A DNA stretch of 61,960 nt, filler included, from Bdellovibrionota bacterium (GCA_963169515.1; 3 parts of 3 records of this genome joined end to end with filler, not necessarily neighbours in it), one strand, 5' to 3'. Shown: positions 20,677-31,247, numbered from the whole stretch's first letter. Notes: generated from the sequence alone by a model not told the origin. Translations and numbers: made by a program.

Positions 20677-21492
20677 ATGGTTGGAACACTTTTAATAACC
20701 ATTCGAAAACAATTAGGATTTTCTAGTGCGCGACGGTTTTACAATGAGCATTTAGACAAAAGAACACGGTTAGAGTTCAACTATCAGTATTACATGAAAA
20801 TCGAAGGAAATAAGGTACTTCCATCTCCAAAAATTATTTCGTCAATTTCCAGCACCTTGACTGAAGAATTTTCAGATCAACTTGTTGTCGCCTATTGCGA
20901 GACAATATTTCCAACAAAAAGACTTCTTTTTCAAAAAATCAAAAAAATCGACAAAGCGCCTTTTGCATCAAAAGCAATAAAAACATTACCAACATTAGTA
21001 CAGCAGCAATATTTAACAGAAAATCAAGTGTCGACAATTGGTAAATCAAGGGATCACTATCACTGCTTTTTGGCAGTAACCATTGCAAGGGCTGCGGTTT
21101 ATATCCCTGACCTTAAAAAGAAACTCAAAATAAAGGAAATGAAAAATATCCTTGAGGATTTGATTATTGCCAGACTTGTGACCTGCGAAGACAACTATGT
21201 AATGTCGATTTCAAATGAAATGAAGTTTCCAACAGAAATTTCTGAGGCATTACAAAAAACATACAACCAAATAGACGTCTGGAACACACAGGCCGCACAA
21301 TATTTAAATTTTACTAATTCTATGCAAAAAATGATTATCCGACGGGTATCACCACGGTATGTTGAACTAATTTTAAATCAAGCAAATGGTCTTTTTGATA
21401 TTCTGCGGGCGGCGGATGAAACAAATCAAAGTTATAATGAAGACGTTATGATGATGAACCTTACGATTTCCCAAGGGAAGCTACCTGGATAA
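20677..21492 (+). CDS. XRE-type HTH regulator, TIGR02147/DUF4423-like architecture
   Basis: N-terminal IRKQLGFSSAR...YQYYMKIEGNKVLPS HTH. Central LTENQVSTIGKSRDHY segment and C-terminal domain loosely resemble DUF4423 proteins. Confidence 0.6.
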   Translation: MVGTLLITIRKQLGFSSARRFYNEHLDKRTRLEFNYQYYMKIEGNKVLPSPKIISSISSTLTEEFSDQLVVAYCETIFPTKRLLFQKIKKIDKAPFASKAIKTLPTLVQQQYLTENQVSTIGKSRDHYHCFLAVTIARAAVYIPDLKKKLKIKEMKNILEDLIIARLVTCEDNYVMSISNEMKFPTEISEALQKTYNQIDVWNTQAAQYLNFTNSMQKMIIRRVSPRYVELILNQANGLFDILRAADETNQSYNEDVMMMNLTISQGKLPG

Positions 21493-22294
21493 TCTTTCCT
21501 CGAATTCCCAAGTGACAAAGCGCAAAATCATATTTGGTTGGATCCGTCGGGTCTATTTTTGCAAGCGCTGTCGTAATTTCTTCGGCAGTTTTCCAGTCAG
21601 CTATCGATCGTTTTGTAAGCTTCAGCGCTTTTGCTTGCCTGTATATGTGTGTATCTAAAGGAATTATGAGATTTTTTTTATGAAACTTCTTCCATAAGCC
21701 TAAATCTGGCGTCTGGTCGCGTACCATCCATTTTAAAAATAAATTTATTCGTTTGCACGCCCCACCCTTTTTGGGGTCGGGCAAGAAAAAAGCAAATCCA
21801 TCAAGTTCTTGCACAAAACCAATCTCATCATTTAATACCCAATGAAATTTTGCATAAAGATTTTCAATTAGCTCGCGAGCTGTGGTCTCATGGCTTGGCT
21901 TCAGGAATTTTTCTATTGATCCATACGATCGATAAATGTATCTCAATATCTTAAGCATCAAAAACATATCGCTTGCGGTGTTAAATCTATGGGTCCATCC
22001 TCGGACAGCGTTCAAAATGTCTCTGTCCGATGCATTGATAAGCCAGTTAGAAGGTTTTTTCCCCATCGGGTCGAGAACTCGTTGAATGCTTTTTTTAACT
22101 TGAGCAATTCTTCCGTAGGCTAAGATAGAGCAAATGAAAGCGGCAAGTTCTTTATCTTGGTTGTTTTTATAGACCAAAGCAGGCGCCAAAGCGTCGTGCT
22201 GAACTTCATTACTGCGAATGAAATCGAGGTGAGCTTTATCTAAAAGGATTCGCAGATTTAAAATCTTATCCCTTTTCAAAGGTTCGCCCCACAT
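21461..22294 (-). CDS. TIGR02757 / DUF2400 family protein
   Basis: LAYGRI, ACKRINLFLKWMVR, DLGLW, IPLDTH, DPTKYDFAL. True start may be slightly downstream. Confidence 0.9.
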   Translation of the reverse strand: MWGEPLKRDKILNLRILLDKAHLDFIRSNEVQHDALAPALVYKNNQDKELAAFICSILAYGRIAQVKKSIQRVLDPMGKKPSNWLINASDRDILNAVRGWTHRFNTASDMFLMLKILRYIYRSYGSIEKFLKPSHETTARELIENLYAKFHWVLNDEIGFVQELDGFAFFLPDPKKGGACKRINLFLKWMVRDQTPDLGLWKKFHKKNLIIPLDTHIYRQAKALKLTKRSIADWKTAEEITTALAKIDPTDPTKYDFALCHLGIRGKIIQVASLGKS

Positions 22295-23159
22295 AAAACA
22301 TTCTTAATATCAAAGCCAAAATTACAGCTGCCATAAATGTATGAACCACAGTAATTAAAGGTGGCGTCTTAAACCATACATTTAAAGCGCCAACCCCAAT
22401 TTGGACTGCAATTACGACCAGTAACTTTCGGCCTAAACTGTAGAGCTTTGGATTCATCCATGGACGGGTTCGGTTTTTACGTAATACATTAAACAATGAG
22501 AGTATGGCAAATGCCGTTAGATAGCCCCACCCTCGATGAATTACTTGAAGGCCAACGATTCCCTCAAATGTTGGAAAAAATTGTCCATAACACAAAGGGA
22601 AACCATCACACGCTAGGCCCGCATAATTTGATGAAACCATTCCGCCCAGGATTATCTGTCCAAGCACCATAAAAAGAACAAGGCCAAGAATAATACTGAA
22701 TGCAGGCGGGACGCTTTCTGGGGGCCGAGGTAAATCCTCTAGTTGAAAATAGAGCCACAGCAGGCTTGAAAGAAAAAGCATTCCAAATAATAAATGCATC
22801 GTCACCACTTCAAAGCGAAGAAGATGTAGGACCGTCAATCCCCCCAATACAATTTGGGTTAAAAGAATGATATTTGCCACAACAAGTGTCTTACGAGTCG
22901 CACGAGGAACTTTGCGGCTTAAAAAAATAAGCACAGTTAAAACAAACGTCGCAACCCCAACGATTCCGGCAATCACCCGATGAATAAATTCGTAATAAAC
23001 CTGCAATTGATAATCTGGGATAACTTTTCCAAAACATAAGGGCCAATCGGGGCATGATAGTCCGGCGTGCATAGCGCGCACGGCTCCCCCCAAAGCAATC
23101 AAAAAAAATGTAATGGGGATTAAGATCTTTAAATATTTTTTAAAAAAACTAATTTCCAT
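22266..23159 (-). CDS. ctaA: Heme A synthase (COX15/CtaA)
   Basis: GGAVRAMHAGLSCPDWPLC, EFIHR, second half AGLACDGFPLC, IHR. Confidence 0.92.
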   Translation of the reverse strand: MEISFFKKYLKILIPITFFLIALGGAVRAMHAGLSCPDWPLCFGKVIPDYQLQVYYEFIHRVIAGIVGVATFVLTVLIFLSRKVPRATRKTLVVANIILLTQIVLGGLTVLHLLRFEVVTMHLLFGMLFLSSLLWLYFQLEDLPRPPESVPPAFSIILGLVLFMVLGQIILGGMVSSNYAGLACDGFPLCYGQFFPTFEGIVGLQVIHRGWGYLTAFAILSLFNVLRKNRTRPWMNPKLYSLGRKLLVVIAVQIGVGALNVWFKTPPLITVVHTFMAAVILALILRMFYVGRTFEKG

Positions 23160-24045
23160 ATCGGCCAATCTTTTCATAATAGAAAATCCAACGATCTAAC
23201 GCTGGGGAGAAAATAAAAACTAATATGCTAATGTTGATCCAAATAAAAAATCGAAGCCAGGCTTTGTTATCTGAAGACTTACAAAATCGTGCAAACTCAT
23301 AAATGCAAATTAACGCCACAGGGATTCCGAAACAGTAATAAAAATAATGAATTTGTACAAACCACGGTGAAGTCAACGCAAGCACAATATAAGGAACCAT
23401 GTAAAGCCCCATATGAACTTGCGTCCTTTTGTCACCCAGTTGCGAAGGCAAAACCGGAAATCCGCCTTTTTTGTAGTCTTCTTTGTACCGAATCGCCAGC
23501 GCCCAGAAGTGCGGCATCTGCCACAGAAACATAAGCAAGAATATGTAGACTGCCTCGGAGTTTAAAATGTGGGGATGAATCGCAGAATATCCAAGAAGCC
23601 CCGGTGCTGCTCCAGGAACAGCCCCAAGGACTGCGGCAAACACAACATTTTTTTTAAAAACAGCTGTATACAGCAAATTGTAGTGAAGTATGGTAAAAAA
23701 GCCGATAGCTGCAGATATAGGTTGAACGTAGTACAGAATCGCAAGACCCAAAACGCATAGAGCGAAACTAAAAATGAATGCGCCACGAGGAGAAACAACA
23801 CCACTTGGGATTGGACGATTTTCTGTTCGGGGCATCTTTGCATCTTCACGCCACTCTTGGGCCTGATTGAGGGCCAAACTTCCTGCGCTGATACATGCCA
23901 GACCTATGAAAAATGAAAGAAGATGAAAAATGTCTAATGATGTTCCTAAGGGATAACCTAAAAAATAGCCCGCCAGGCCCGTCATCAAAACAAGCTTTAC
24001 AATTCCCGGCTTTGTAAGCACATAGTAGGCTTTGTAATTTTTCAT
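23149..24045 (-). CDS. ctaB: Protoheme IX farnesyltransferase (heme O synthase)
   Basis: LTKPGI, DAKMPRTENRPIPSG, LWQMPHFWALA, EDYKKGGFPVLP. Confidence 0.95.
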   Translation of the reverse strand: MKNYKAYYVLTKPGIVKLVLMTGLAGYFLGYPLGTSLDIFHLLSFFIGLACISAGSLALNQAQEWREDAKMPRTENRPIPSGVVSPRGAFIFSFALCVLGLAILYYVQPISAAIGFFTILHYNLLYTAVFKKNVVFAAVLGAVPGAAPGLLGYSAIHPHILNSEAVYIFLLMFLWQMPHFWALAIRYKEDYKKGGFPVLPSQLGDKRTQVHMGLYMVPYIVLALTSPWFVQIHYFYYCFGIPVALICIYEFARFCKSSDNKAWLRFFIWINISILVFIFSPALDRWIFYYEKIGRYGN

Positions 24046-24127
24046 TACATGAGTGATTTAACACATCAAAATTACAATGGCCCGACTTCTCTAGAGACGA
24101 AGCTCCGCGTTAGCAACATCAATCATA

Positions 24128-24172
24128 AGCTATGCGAACAGACAGGGGGATGGTCAGGTTAGTTCGCTAGCT
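24128..24172. repeat. Intergenic hairpin with GGATGG-containing core (degenerate REP-like)
   Basis: AGCTA-t-GCGAAC ... GTTCGC-TAGCT stem around GACAGGGGGATGGTC. Confidence 0.4.
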
Positions 24173-24178
24173 ATTTAC

Positions 24179-24493
24179 TTATTTATTAATAAATAAATTT
24201 TGAAGATTTATACGAGTGTCGACATCCATAAAGGTCAACCCGTAAAATATCAATGCGAATATAAACGCCGTTCCAAAGACTATTCTGTTCAATGTGCTTT
24301 CATGGTTCATGTGCATAAACCATATCATTACGACCAAAGCTTTTGCCGTTGCAATCAACATTGCAATCAAGGTATTGAGTCTTCCTAAATTCACCTGCGC
24401 AACAGCAACCGTAACAATTGTAAGTACAATCAAAGTTGCGAATACTTTTAAATAGATTCCAATGCCTTTAATTTCGTGTGCGTCGTGTGCCAT
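24179..24493 (-). CDS. ctaF: Cytochrome c oxidase subunit IV (caa3-type)
   Basis: 3 TM helices, IATAKALVVMIWFMHM motif. Confidence 0.9.
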   Translation of the reverse strand: MAHDAHEIKGIGIYLKVFATLIVLTIVTVAVAQVNLGRLNTLIAMLIATAKALVVMIWFMHMNHESTLNRIVFGTAFIFALIFYGLTFMDVDTRINLQNLFINK

Positions 24494-24503
24494 AGTTCCC
24501 TCC

Positions 24504-25151
24504 CTAGCTAACCAAATACAATAATGGGAATAAATAAATCCAAATCAAATCCACTAAATGCCAAAATAACCCAACGCCTTCTACGGCTGTGTAGTGGTGT
24601 GGCCCAAATTCACCCTTTTTCAAGCGAATCGCAACCCAACCAATCAACCCCATGCCAGTTAAAACGTGAATCCCATGAAGGCCTGTCATGCAAAAATACA
24701 AGCTAAAAAAGAGTGCTAGATTTTTATGCTCAATGTGTTCGTGCGCTGTAAAAAAATGTCCTGGGTATAGACCGTGATGGAACTTTGCATTGTATTCAAT
24801 GTATTTAACAATCATAAAGCCCAAACCACAAGCAATCGTAATCAACAGATTTATCATCGCAGCTTTTGGCTTATTTACTCGAATGTAATGAATACTCAAA
24901 GCCATGGTCAAAGAGCTAAAAAGCAGAATGACTGTGTTGAGCGCACCTAACCGCCAATCTAGATAACGATGTCCCTCGTGGAAAACTTCTGGGTAAACGC
25001 CCTTGAAAATAGCATAGGCAACAAACAACCCGCTGAACATCAGGATTTCGGTTACAAGAAACAACCAAACTCCATGTATACCCGCTTTGTGTTCATGCTG
25101 GGAGCTTTCAAAGTGATGTGCGTGCGTGTGTCCTGAACTAACGGTACTCAT
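24504..25151 (-). CDS. ctaE: Cytochrome c oxidase subunit III
   Basis: [46 protein letters not shown]. Confidence 0.95.
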   Translation of the reverse strand: MSTVSSGHTHAHHFESSQHEHKAGIHGVWLFLVTEILMFSGLFVAYAIFKGVYPEVFHEGHRYLDWRLGALNTVILLFSSLTMALSIHYIRVNKPKAAMINLLITIACGLGFMIVKYIEYNAKFHHGLYPGHFFTAHEHIEHKNLALFFSLYFCMTGLHGIHVLTGMGLIGWVAIRLKKGEFGPHHYTAVEGVGLFWHLVDLIWIYLFPLLYLVS

Positions 25152-26721
25152 ATGGGCCTCCGGAGACAACCGGTGTGGTCGTAAAATTTTCGTGCGGCGG
25201 TGGTGATGGGATTGTCCATTCTAATGTTTTTGCCCCCCATGGGTTCGGCCCGGCAGGCTTTCCTTTTCTAAGGCCTTGAATGAGAACGTACAGCACGAGT
25301 AAAAAGCCAGCCCCAATCAACCATGAGCCTATCGTTGAAATCCTATTAAGCCATTCATATTCCGGAATATAATCTTGATATCTACGAGGCATACCTTGAA
25401 CACCCGCAATAAATTGTGGGAAAAACGTGATGTTAAAACCTAAAAAGATCAGCGCAAACGTAATTCGAGCCAATGTTTCGTTGAACATTTTTCCAAACAT
25501 TTTGGGAAACCAATAATAGATACCACCCATGAGCGCCATCAGCGTCCCCCCCACCATCACATAATGAAAGTGAGCAACCACAAAGTATGTGTCATGCAAG
25601 TGCACGTCGATAGAAAGGGTTGCCAAGAAAATTCCAGTCACACCGCCTATTGCAAACAGGAACATAAATCCGACTGCAAACAACATTGGTGAATCCATGC
25701 GTATGGAGCCCTTGTACATAGTTGAAACCCAGTTAAACATTTTAATCGCAGTTGGAACCCCGACAAGCATTGTAATAAATGAGAATATTTTGCCAGCAAA
25801 TTCGGACTGTCCGCTCACAAACATATGATGCCCCCACACAAGGAAGCTCACGGCCGCAATACCAATAGATGAATACGCAATCGCAGTATAACCAAAAACG
25901 ACCTTTCTTGAAAAGGTGACCACCAGCTCACTGATGATACCCATCGCTGGAAGAATCATTATATAAACCGCTGGGTGCGAGTAGAACCAAAAGAAATGCT
26001 GGAACAATACTGGATCCCCACCAAGCGAGGCGTCGAAAAATCCAATGCCTAACGTCCTCTCCATAACTAACAACAGCAGCGTAATCGCAAGAACGGGGGT
26101 AGCAAGGACTTGAATGATTGCCGTAGAGTAAATCGACCAAATAAATAATGGAACGCGATTCATGGTCATTCCTGGCGCACGAAGCTTATGTACAGTAACG
26201 ATAAAATTTAGCCCCGTCAAAATCGACGAAAATCCCATAACAAACGCACCCAGAACCATAAAGACAGTGCCCTTATAGGTTTGAATACTGTACGGGGTAT
26301 AAAACGTCCATCCTGTGTCAACACCACCAAAAACGACTGCTGATGCTGCAATCAAAGCGCCTGCAATGAAAATATACCAACTGAAAAGATTGAGCCTTGG
26401 GAATGCGACGTCTTTTGCCCCAAGATGAATCGGAAGCACAAAGTTACCCAGAAACGCTGGTATGCCTGGAATAATGACCATAAATACCATCATCGTTCCA
26501 TGAAGGGTCATCACCTGGTTGTACACTGTCGGAGACATAAATTGAGTTCCCGGGTGCATTAACTCTAAACGAATGAGTAACGCAAAAATCCCGCCGAAGA
26601 AAAAGAAGGTTAAGATTGCGATCATATACATCAAGCCAATACGTTTATGATCCAGAGTTGTGAGCCACGACCAGAGGCCTTTGCCATGGTGTAAATAATC
26701 TGTCGAGTGTTCGTGCGCCAT
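25138..26721 (-). CDS. ctaD: Cytochrome c oxidase subunit I, A2 type
   Basis: [47 protein letters not shown]. Confidence 0.98.
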   Translation of the reverse strand: MAHEHSTDYLHHGKGLWSWLTTLDHKRIGLMYMIAILTFFFFGGIFALLIRLELMHPGTQFMSPTVYNQVMTLHGTMMVFMVIIPGIPAFLGNFVLPIHLGAKDVAFPRLNLFSWYIFIAGALIAASAVVFGGVDTGWTFYTPYSIQTYKGTVFMVLGAFVMGFSSILTGLNFIVTVHKLRAPGMTMNRVPLFIWSIYSTAIIQVLATPVLAITLLLLVMERTLGIGFFDASLGGDPVLFQHFFWFYSHPAVYIMILPAMGIISELVVTFSRKVVFGYTAIAYSSIGIAAVSFLVWGHHMFVSGQSEFAGKIFSFITMLVGVPTAIKMFNWVSTMYKGSIRMDSPMLFAVGFMFLFAIGGVTGIFLATLSIDVHLHDTYFVVAHFHYVMVGGTLMALMGGIYYWFPKMFGKMFNETLARITFALIFLGFNITFFPQFIAGVQGMPRRYQDYIPEYEWLNRISTIGSWLIGAGFLLVLYVLIQGLRKGKPAGPNPWGAKTLEWTIPSPPPHENFTTTPVVSGGPYEYR

Positions 26722-26730
26722 TGTAACTCC

Positions 26731-27654
26731 CTATTTCTGTGCCTTGATGAATTCAATAAGAGCCGTGATTTGATCTTCGTTTAGAGCCCCTTGATAAACT
26801 GGCATCTGGTTTTCCGGAAAACCTTCAACGATCTTTGCTGCCGGATTCAAAATCGATTCACGAATATAATTTTCATCAGCAGTGACTGTTCCACCGCCCT
26901 TAATTTTTACAGATTTTCCGAAAATACCCTGAAAAGACGGCCCAACAAGAGGCTTGCCGTCTGTCGTATGGCAACCAATGCACGCCTGCTGTTGATACAA
27001 CTGTTTTCCCAACTCAATCGGACTTACTTCTGCGTTTGGATTTTCAGCCATAAACGCATCGAAATCTGCTTGGGCTACTACACTAACAGTTCCAAGCATC
27101 CCTGAGTGATTCATTCCGCAGTATTCTGTGCAAAATAAGTGATAATTGCCTTCACGAGTAGCTTGGAACCACAGCTTTGATCGTCGCCCCGGAACGGCGT
27201 CTTGTTTGACACGGAAACTTGGAATGAAAAAACTATGAATAACGTCTTTTGACGTTAAAAGAATAGTCACGGGTTTTCCAACAGGAACAACCAGTTTACC
27301 CGTTAAAGTACGGCCATTGGAATAGGTCATATTCCAAGCCCATTTTTGCGCGGTCACGTTTACTTCAAGCGCATCCGTTGGAAATGTACGCATATCTTTG
27401 TAAACTTCCCACCCCCACGCTGCGATCCCCATGAACACAACGAGCGGGATAAAGCTCCAAAGAAACTCGGCAAATGTATTGTGCGTAATGTAGGCGGTTT
27501 TATCCTTGTCTGTTTTACGTTGATATCTAAAGATAAAATAAATCATTCCGCCAATTAAAATGATACAAGATATGATGCTCGACCACAGGACAAAATTCCA
27601 AACAAGGTCCCAGTCCTCACCAAATGTTGAAGCTTGTAAAGGCATGTATTTCAC
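26731..27654 (-). CDS. ctaC: Cytochrome c oxidase subunit II fused to cytochrome c (caa3)
   Basis: CuA site DVIHSF...CTEYCGMNHSGM. C-terminal CIGCH heme c motif with distal Met. Confidence 0.96.
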   Translation of the reverse strand: MKYMPLQASTFGEDWDLVWNFVLWSSIISCIILIGGMIYFIFRYQRKTDKDKTAYITHNTFAEFLWSFIPLVVFMGIAAWGWEVYKDMRTFPTDALEVNVTAQKWAWNMTYSNGRTLTGKLVVPVGKPVTILLTSKDVIHSFFIPSFRVKQDAVPGRRSKLWFQATREGNYHLFCTEYCGMNHSGMLGTVSVVAQADFDAFMAENPNAEVSPIELGKQLYQQQACIGCHTTDGKPLVGPSFQGIFGKSVKIKGGGTVTADENYIRESILNPAAKIVEGFPENQMPVYQGALNEDQITALIEFIKAQK

Positions 27655-28496
27655 GTTGCTGCTCCCTTAGCCAATTTTGTTTCTCTTCGCATTCTGAACC
27701 AATGTGGGAGCAAGAACATAGCAAGTATAAGCCCACAAAGCCCACCCCCGAATTTCATAATGTTAAATGCATAAAACGCATACGTTCTTCGATCCGGATC
27801 ATATTGGAAACAATAGAGCATAAGATGGTCAATTACGTTTCCGATTTTCCCGTTCGACGCTTCCAATAGCGCAAGCTTTAAATCTTTTTCTGTAAAATGA
27901 ATTCCAAACAGGTAGCGCGAGATCATGCCCGTCGGGGTTAAAACATACATTGCAGCCGTATGCGCCCATTGTTTGGTGGGACTATCCCATTTATACTTAA
28001 AACCCACGGTTGAAGCGACTGCGGTTATACTTTCCTGAGTACCCGTCAAAAAGTGCCAACCATTTTCAGCCCCTTCACGGCCCAAAGATTTCACATAAGC
28101 GGCCTTCTTTTTTGCTGCCAATTCAGGAGTTTCTTTTGGGTCGATACTAATTACAACCATGTCGAACTCTTTACCCAAATTCCATTCGGTTTTTTTCAAG
28201 ACCTCAGTAACACCATTCAAATGCAAATTACAAAGCATCGGACATTCAAAATAAACAAGGGACAGCAAAACAGGGCGATTTTTGTGGAAATATTTTTGCA
28301 ACGTAACCTTTTGACCATTTTCATCAGTAAATTCGGTTCCCAATGTCAATTGGCCACCGAGATTTTCAGTAATGCCCACGTCTTGAATTTCAGGCGGCTT
28401 TTCGTCTGCCGTCTTACCAACAGCTTCCCACGGTTGGTCTGCGGTGGCCGGCAAAGAAAACGCAAAAATGATTGTAGCTAAAATCTTAAAGGCCAT
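27651..28496 (-). CDS. SCO1/SenC family copper chaperone
   Basis: YFECPMLC, WHFLTG, AH, SRYLFG, YCFQYDP. Confidence 0.92.
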   Translation of the reverse strand: MAFKILATIIFAFSLPATADQPWEAVGKTADEKPPEIQDVGITENLGGQLTLGTEFTDENGQKVTLQKYFHKNRPVLLSLVYFECPMLCNLHLNGVTEVLKKTEWNLGKEFDMVVISIDPKETPELAAKKKAAYVKSLGREGAENGWHFLTGTQESITAVASTVGFKYKWDSPTKQWAHTAAMYVLTPTGMISRYLFGIHFTEKDLKLALLEASNGKIGNVIDHLMLYCFQYDPDRRTYAFYAFNIMKFGGGLCGLILAMFLLPHWFRMRRETKLAKGAAT

Positions 28497-28527
28497 AATG
28501 TAGGTATGAATCCAATTCTTTTTTGTT

Positions 28528-28627
28528 NNNNNNNNNNNNNNNNNNNNNNNNNNNNNNNNNNNNNNNNNNNNTTAATTAATTAANNNNNNNNNNNNNNNNN
28601 NNNNNNNNNNNNNNNNNNNNNNNNNNN
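28528..28627. other. Artificial contig-join spacer
   Basis: N44 + TTAATTAATTAA (stops in all six frames) + N44. Confidence 0.97.
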
Positions 28628-29207
28628 CTACTTCACAACCTCATTGATAAAAAGTGGGGATACTTTTATACCCGCAGACTACAAATTTTATAAGCCATCT
28701 GAAAGCCTAACCATGTTGTTGGGCAACACACCCGCCAATAATTACTTAATATCTATGTATGGTGAAAAAAAAGTGGGACCTGACGGGAAAGTCAAAGGCC
28801 TTACTCCAAAAATGAGTTTGGCACTGTCATCAACCGCAGAACCTCTGAATACACCGCTGGACACGATTCAGCAGCCTGTCATTGCCGCAAACATCGCAAC
28901 GTGCGTACCGCCCTCTAAAAAAGAAGGCGTTAACCCAGTTGGTACCTATGCTACAATATCAAAGGTGACCACCACTATTTTTGAGAACTCCATGACAGAA
29001 AATAAAGAGATCGTATGGGAATCTTATGCCCCGAACTGGGTCTCTCAAATTCAATTGCCAATAGAAATGGTTCGATTTTTGGAAGCAACTCCACATACTC
29101 GATTTGAAATAACTTACCTTGGAAGTACAAAAGCAATCACCACACCACAAGGACCGTTACAATTTAATGATGCAACACATGCTTCGCGAAATGCGCTTGA
29201 TTATTAA
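28628..29207 (+). CDS. C-terminal fragment of a hypothetical (probably extracellular beta-rich) protein
   Basis: Frame is open back to the contig edge. Stop at 29207 overlaps the next start. Confidence 0.6.
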
Positions 29208-29655
29208 TTTACTTCTTATAATTCTTCTTGCGGGATGCACGACTTCCCATGAAAAGAGCGATGAAGACTACACTCAAGTTGCCACGGGCGGTCCACGCTC
29301 CCGTATTTTCTATGATGACTACGAAAAAGTTTGGAAGGCCGCCCAAATTTCAATCGCCCAGTATCCACTGAAGGCCTATGACATTGATTCTGGCACTATA
29401 GAAACGGAATTTATCGGTAGCGACAATGCCTGGCTACCGCCGCACCAGCAGAGCATTCAAAATGGCGTGCGATACAAAATCAATATACGTGTCTTAAAAG
29501 AAAAGAAGGGTGGCTTAGACGTAATTAATGTCGTCATATTAAAGCAAGTCGAAAAAAAGACGGACTTTTTCTCAAACTATGAGCGGCTCATCAGTGATGG
29601 CTTAGAGGAAGTGTCTATTTTGTATCGAATTCAACGCGAACTTACTTTCGAGTAA
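29191..29655 (+). CDS. Lipoprotein, BamC/NlpB-like domain
   Basis: ATG 29191, lipobox LAGC, YEKVWKAAQ...DIDSGTIETEF...RYKINIRV pattern. Confidence 0.55.
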   Translation: MRLIINLLLIILLAGCTTSHEKSDEDYTQVATGGPRSRIFYDDYEKVWKAAQISIAQYPLKAYDIDSGTIETEFIGSDNAWLPPHQQSIQNGVRYKINIRVLKEKKGGLDVINVVILKQVEKKTDFFSNYERLISDGLEEVSILYRIQRELTFE

Positions 29656-30196
29656 ATTTGTCAATAGCGTACTTAGCCATTTTTTGAATACGTTTATCGT
29701 TATCTTTTAACGCGGCTTTGTATTTAGGAAAATTTTTATCTTCCATTTCAATCAACGCAGACAAAATCCTAGGGCGGATCCACAAGCTTTGATTTTTTCT
29801 AAAATTCTTTTTGTCTTCGAAAGCCTTCCACAGGGCCGACGCGCTTGACTTGTCTTTTGTAAAACGTAAAATTTCGACAGCACTTGTGCGGACCACCAAT
29901 GCCGGATCTTCTTTGAGAATTTTTTTTGCTTCGGCTACAGCCTTTTTAGAATCAACATAAAGCAGCGCTTTGATCGCAGCATCCCTCATAAACCAATCGT
30001 CTGAATTAAGCGCACGTTGAATATCAGGAAGACTTTCCTTGTTTTTAATTTTCACCAATTCCATAAACGCCTTCCAGCGCTCTGGCATTGTCTTGCTGTC
30101 TGAGAAGGCTTTGTTTTTTAAATCATGAGTTACAGTTTTTGAAGCTTGTGCTGACTGGAATAACAGAGCACAAAGAAAAATTATACAAAATTTCAT
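29642..30196 (-). CDS. Secreted HEAT-repeat protein
   Basis: Signal peptide (AQA). DWFMRDAA, DPALVVRTSAV and DKRIQKMAKYAI repeats. Confidence 0.75.
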   Translation of the reverse strand: MKFCIIFLCALLFQSAQASKTVTHDLKNKAFSDSKTMPERWKAFMELVKIKNKESLPDIQRALNSDDWFMRDAAIKALLYVDSKKAVAEAKKILKEDPALVVRTSAVEILRFTKDKSSASALWKAFEDKKNFRKNQSLWIRPRILSALIEMEDKNFPKYKAALKDNDKRIQKMAKYAIDKFTRK

Positions 30197-30197
30197 T

Positions 30198-31247
30198 TTA
30201 ATTTGATCCTTTCACAAATGCTTCAAATTCACTGATAAGTTTTTTGCTGTCGTCCCCGTCGCCCGCTTCTTTAGCTTCTGGGACTGGTTTTGTTGCCATA
30301 TCACCAATTTCAGCCAACAGTTTTTCAGAATCTACGTTTGTAGCTTGAAAACCTGGATTATCCGGCTCAACCTTGCCAACAGCTGCGCTAAATTCAGAAA
30401 TAATGTCCCCCTCTTTAGGCATCGCAATTGGAAACTCAGGTTTTTTTGCGTGGTTTTCGTCGTCTTCATCGACCGCCAAGCGTGACGATTTCGCTGGTTT
30501 GATTTTAGACGTTGCTTGTTCTAGAGCATTTTTCTGTTTCACTGCCGCTTCAAATTCGGACATCACATTGACTGGCGCCGGGGATGGCGTCGAAACAGGG
30601 AATGTGATCACGGTTGCAGGCTCTGACCCTGCGGCAGCAGTCGCTTGAACATTGGCGGCGCTGGCCATTAGATCTTCAATTGTTCCTGCCGCAGTTGATT
30701 GGCTGGCCGCAGGCGCTGCGGCTACCGTAGTGGCAACTGGTGGCGGGCTTCCGACATTCCCTGCCAGCTTGGCAAGCTCTTCTTTTAAACGCACGTTTTC
30801 TGATTTATAAAAGGTAAGATTTGCGATGTCATCTTCGATAATTTCGTACTCTGCCAGACGGTCTTTCAAATCCGCTATTTTCTTCTCCCATTCCTTTGGA
30901 TCCACGCCTGGATTGGTCTGCGTTGCCTTCTCCAGCTGGGAAATCTTATCGTTCAGGGAATGAATCATTGATTCTTTTTCTTTAATCAGAGTTTGCATCT
31001 CGGCTGAGCCCTCGGCAGGAACCCCAACTGATGAAACAACTCCCGTAGGGGTCGGAAGCTTACTTAGGTGCTTTTTAAGGATTTCTTCCAAGCTTTTCAT
31101 TTGGTCGACACTCATGTCGAGCTGATCCCGCTCCTGCTTAAAGGACCGATAAACAATGAGTATTGTCATCGGGATTACGACAACAAAGACGATTTCTATG
31201 ATTGCGACGATATGGTCGACAAAAAAATGAATGAACTTATCTAGCAC
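30198..31247 (-). CDS. Membrane-anchored coiled-coil protein with low-complexity tail
   Basis: One N-terminal TM, coiled coil (LAEYEIIEDDIANL), Ala/Pro/Thr linker, repeated SEF[E/S]A helices. Confidence 0.7.
   Translation of the reverse strand: MLDKFIHFFVDHIVAIIEIVFVVVIPMTILIVYRSFKQERDQLDMSVDQMKSLEEILKKHLSKLPTPTGVVSSVGVPAEGSAEMQTLIKEKESMIHSLNDKISQLEKATQTNPGVDPKEWEKKIADLKDRLAEYEIIEDDIANLTFYKSENVRLKEELAKLAGNVGSPPPVATTVAAAPAASQSTAAGTIEDLMASAANVQATAAAGSEPATVITFPVSTPSPAPVNVMSEFEAAVKQKNALEQATSKIKPAKSSRLAVDEDDENHAKKPEFPIAMPKEGDIISEFSAAVGKVEPDNPGFQATNVDSEKLLAEIGDMATKPVPEAKEAGDGDDSKKLISEFEAFVKGSN

Noticed and set aside
28528..28627. TTAATTAATTAA palindrome inside N-runs (also 38953-39052)
   Set aside because: Identical six-frame-stop linker at both gaps, so it is an assembly/concatenation artefact. 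Genes on either side are not neighbours.
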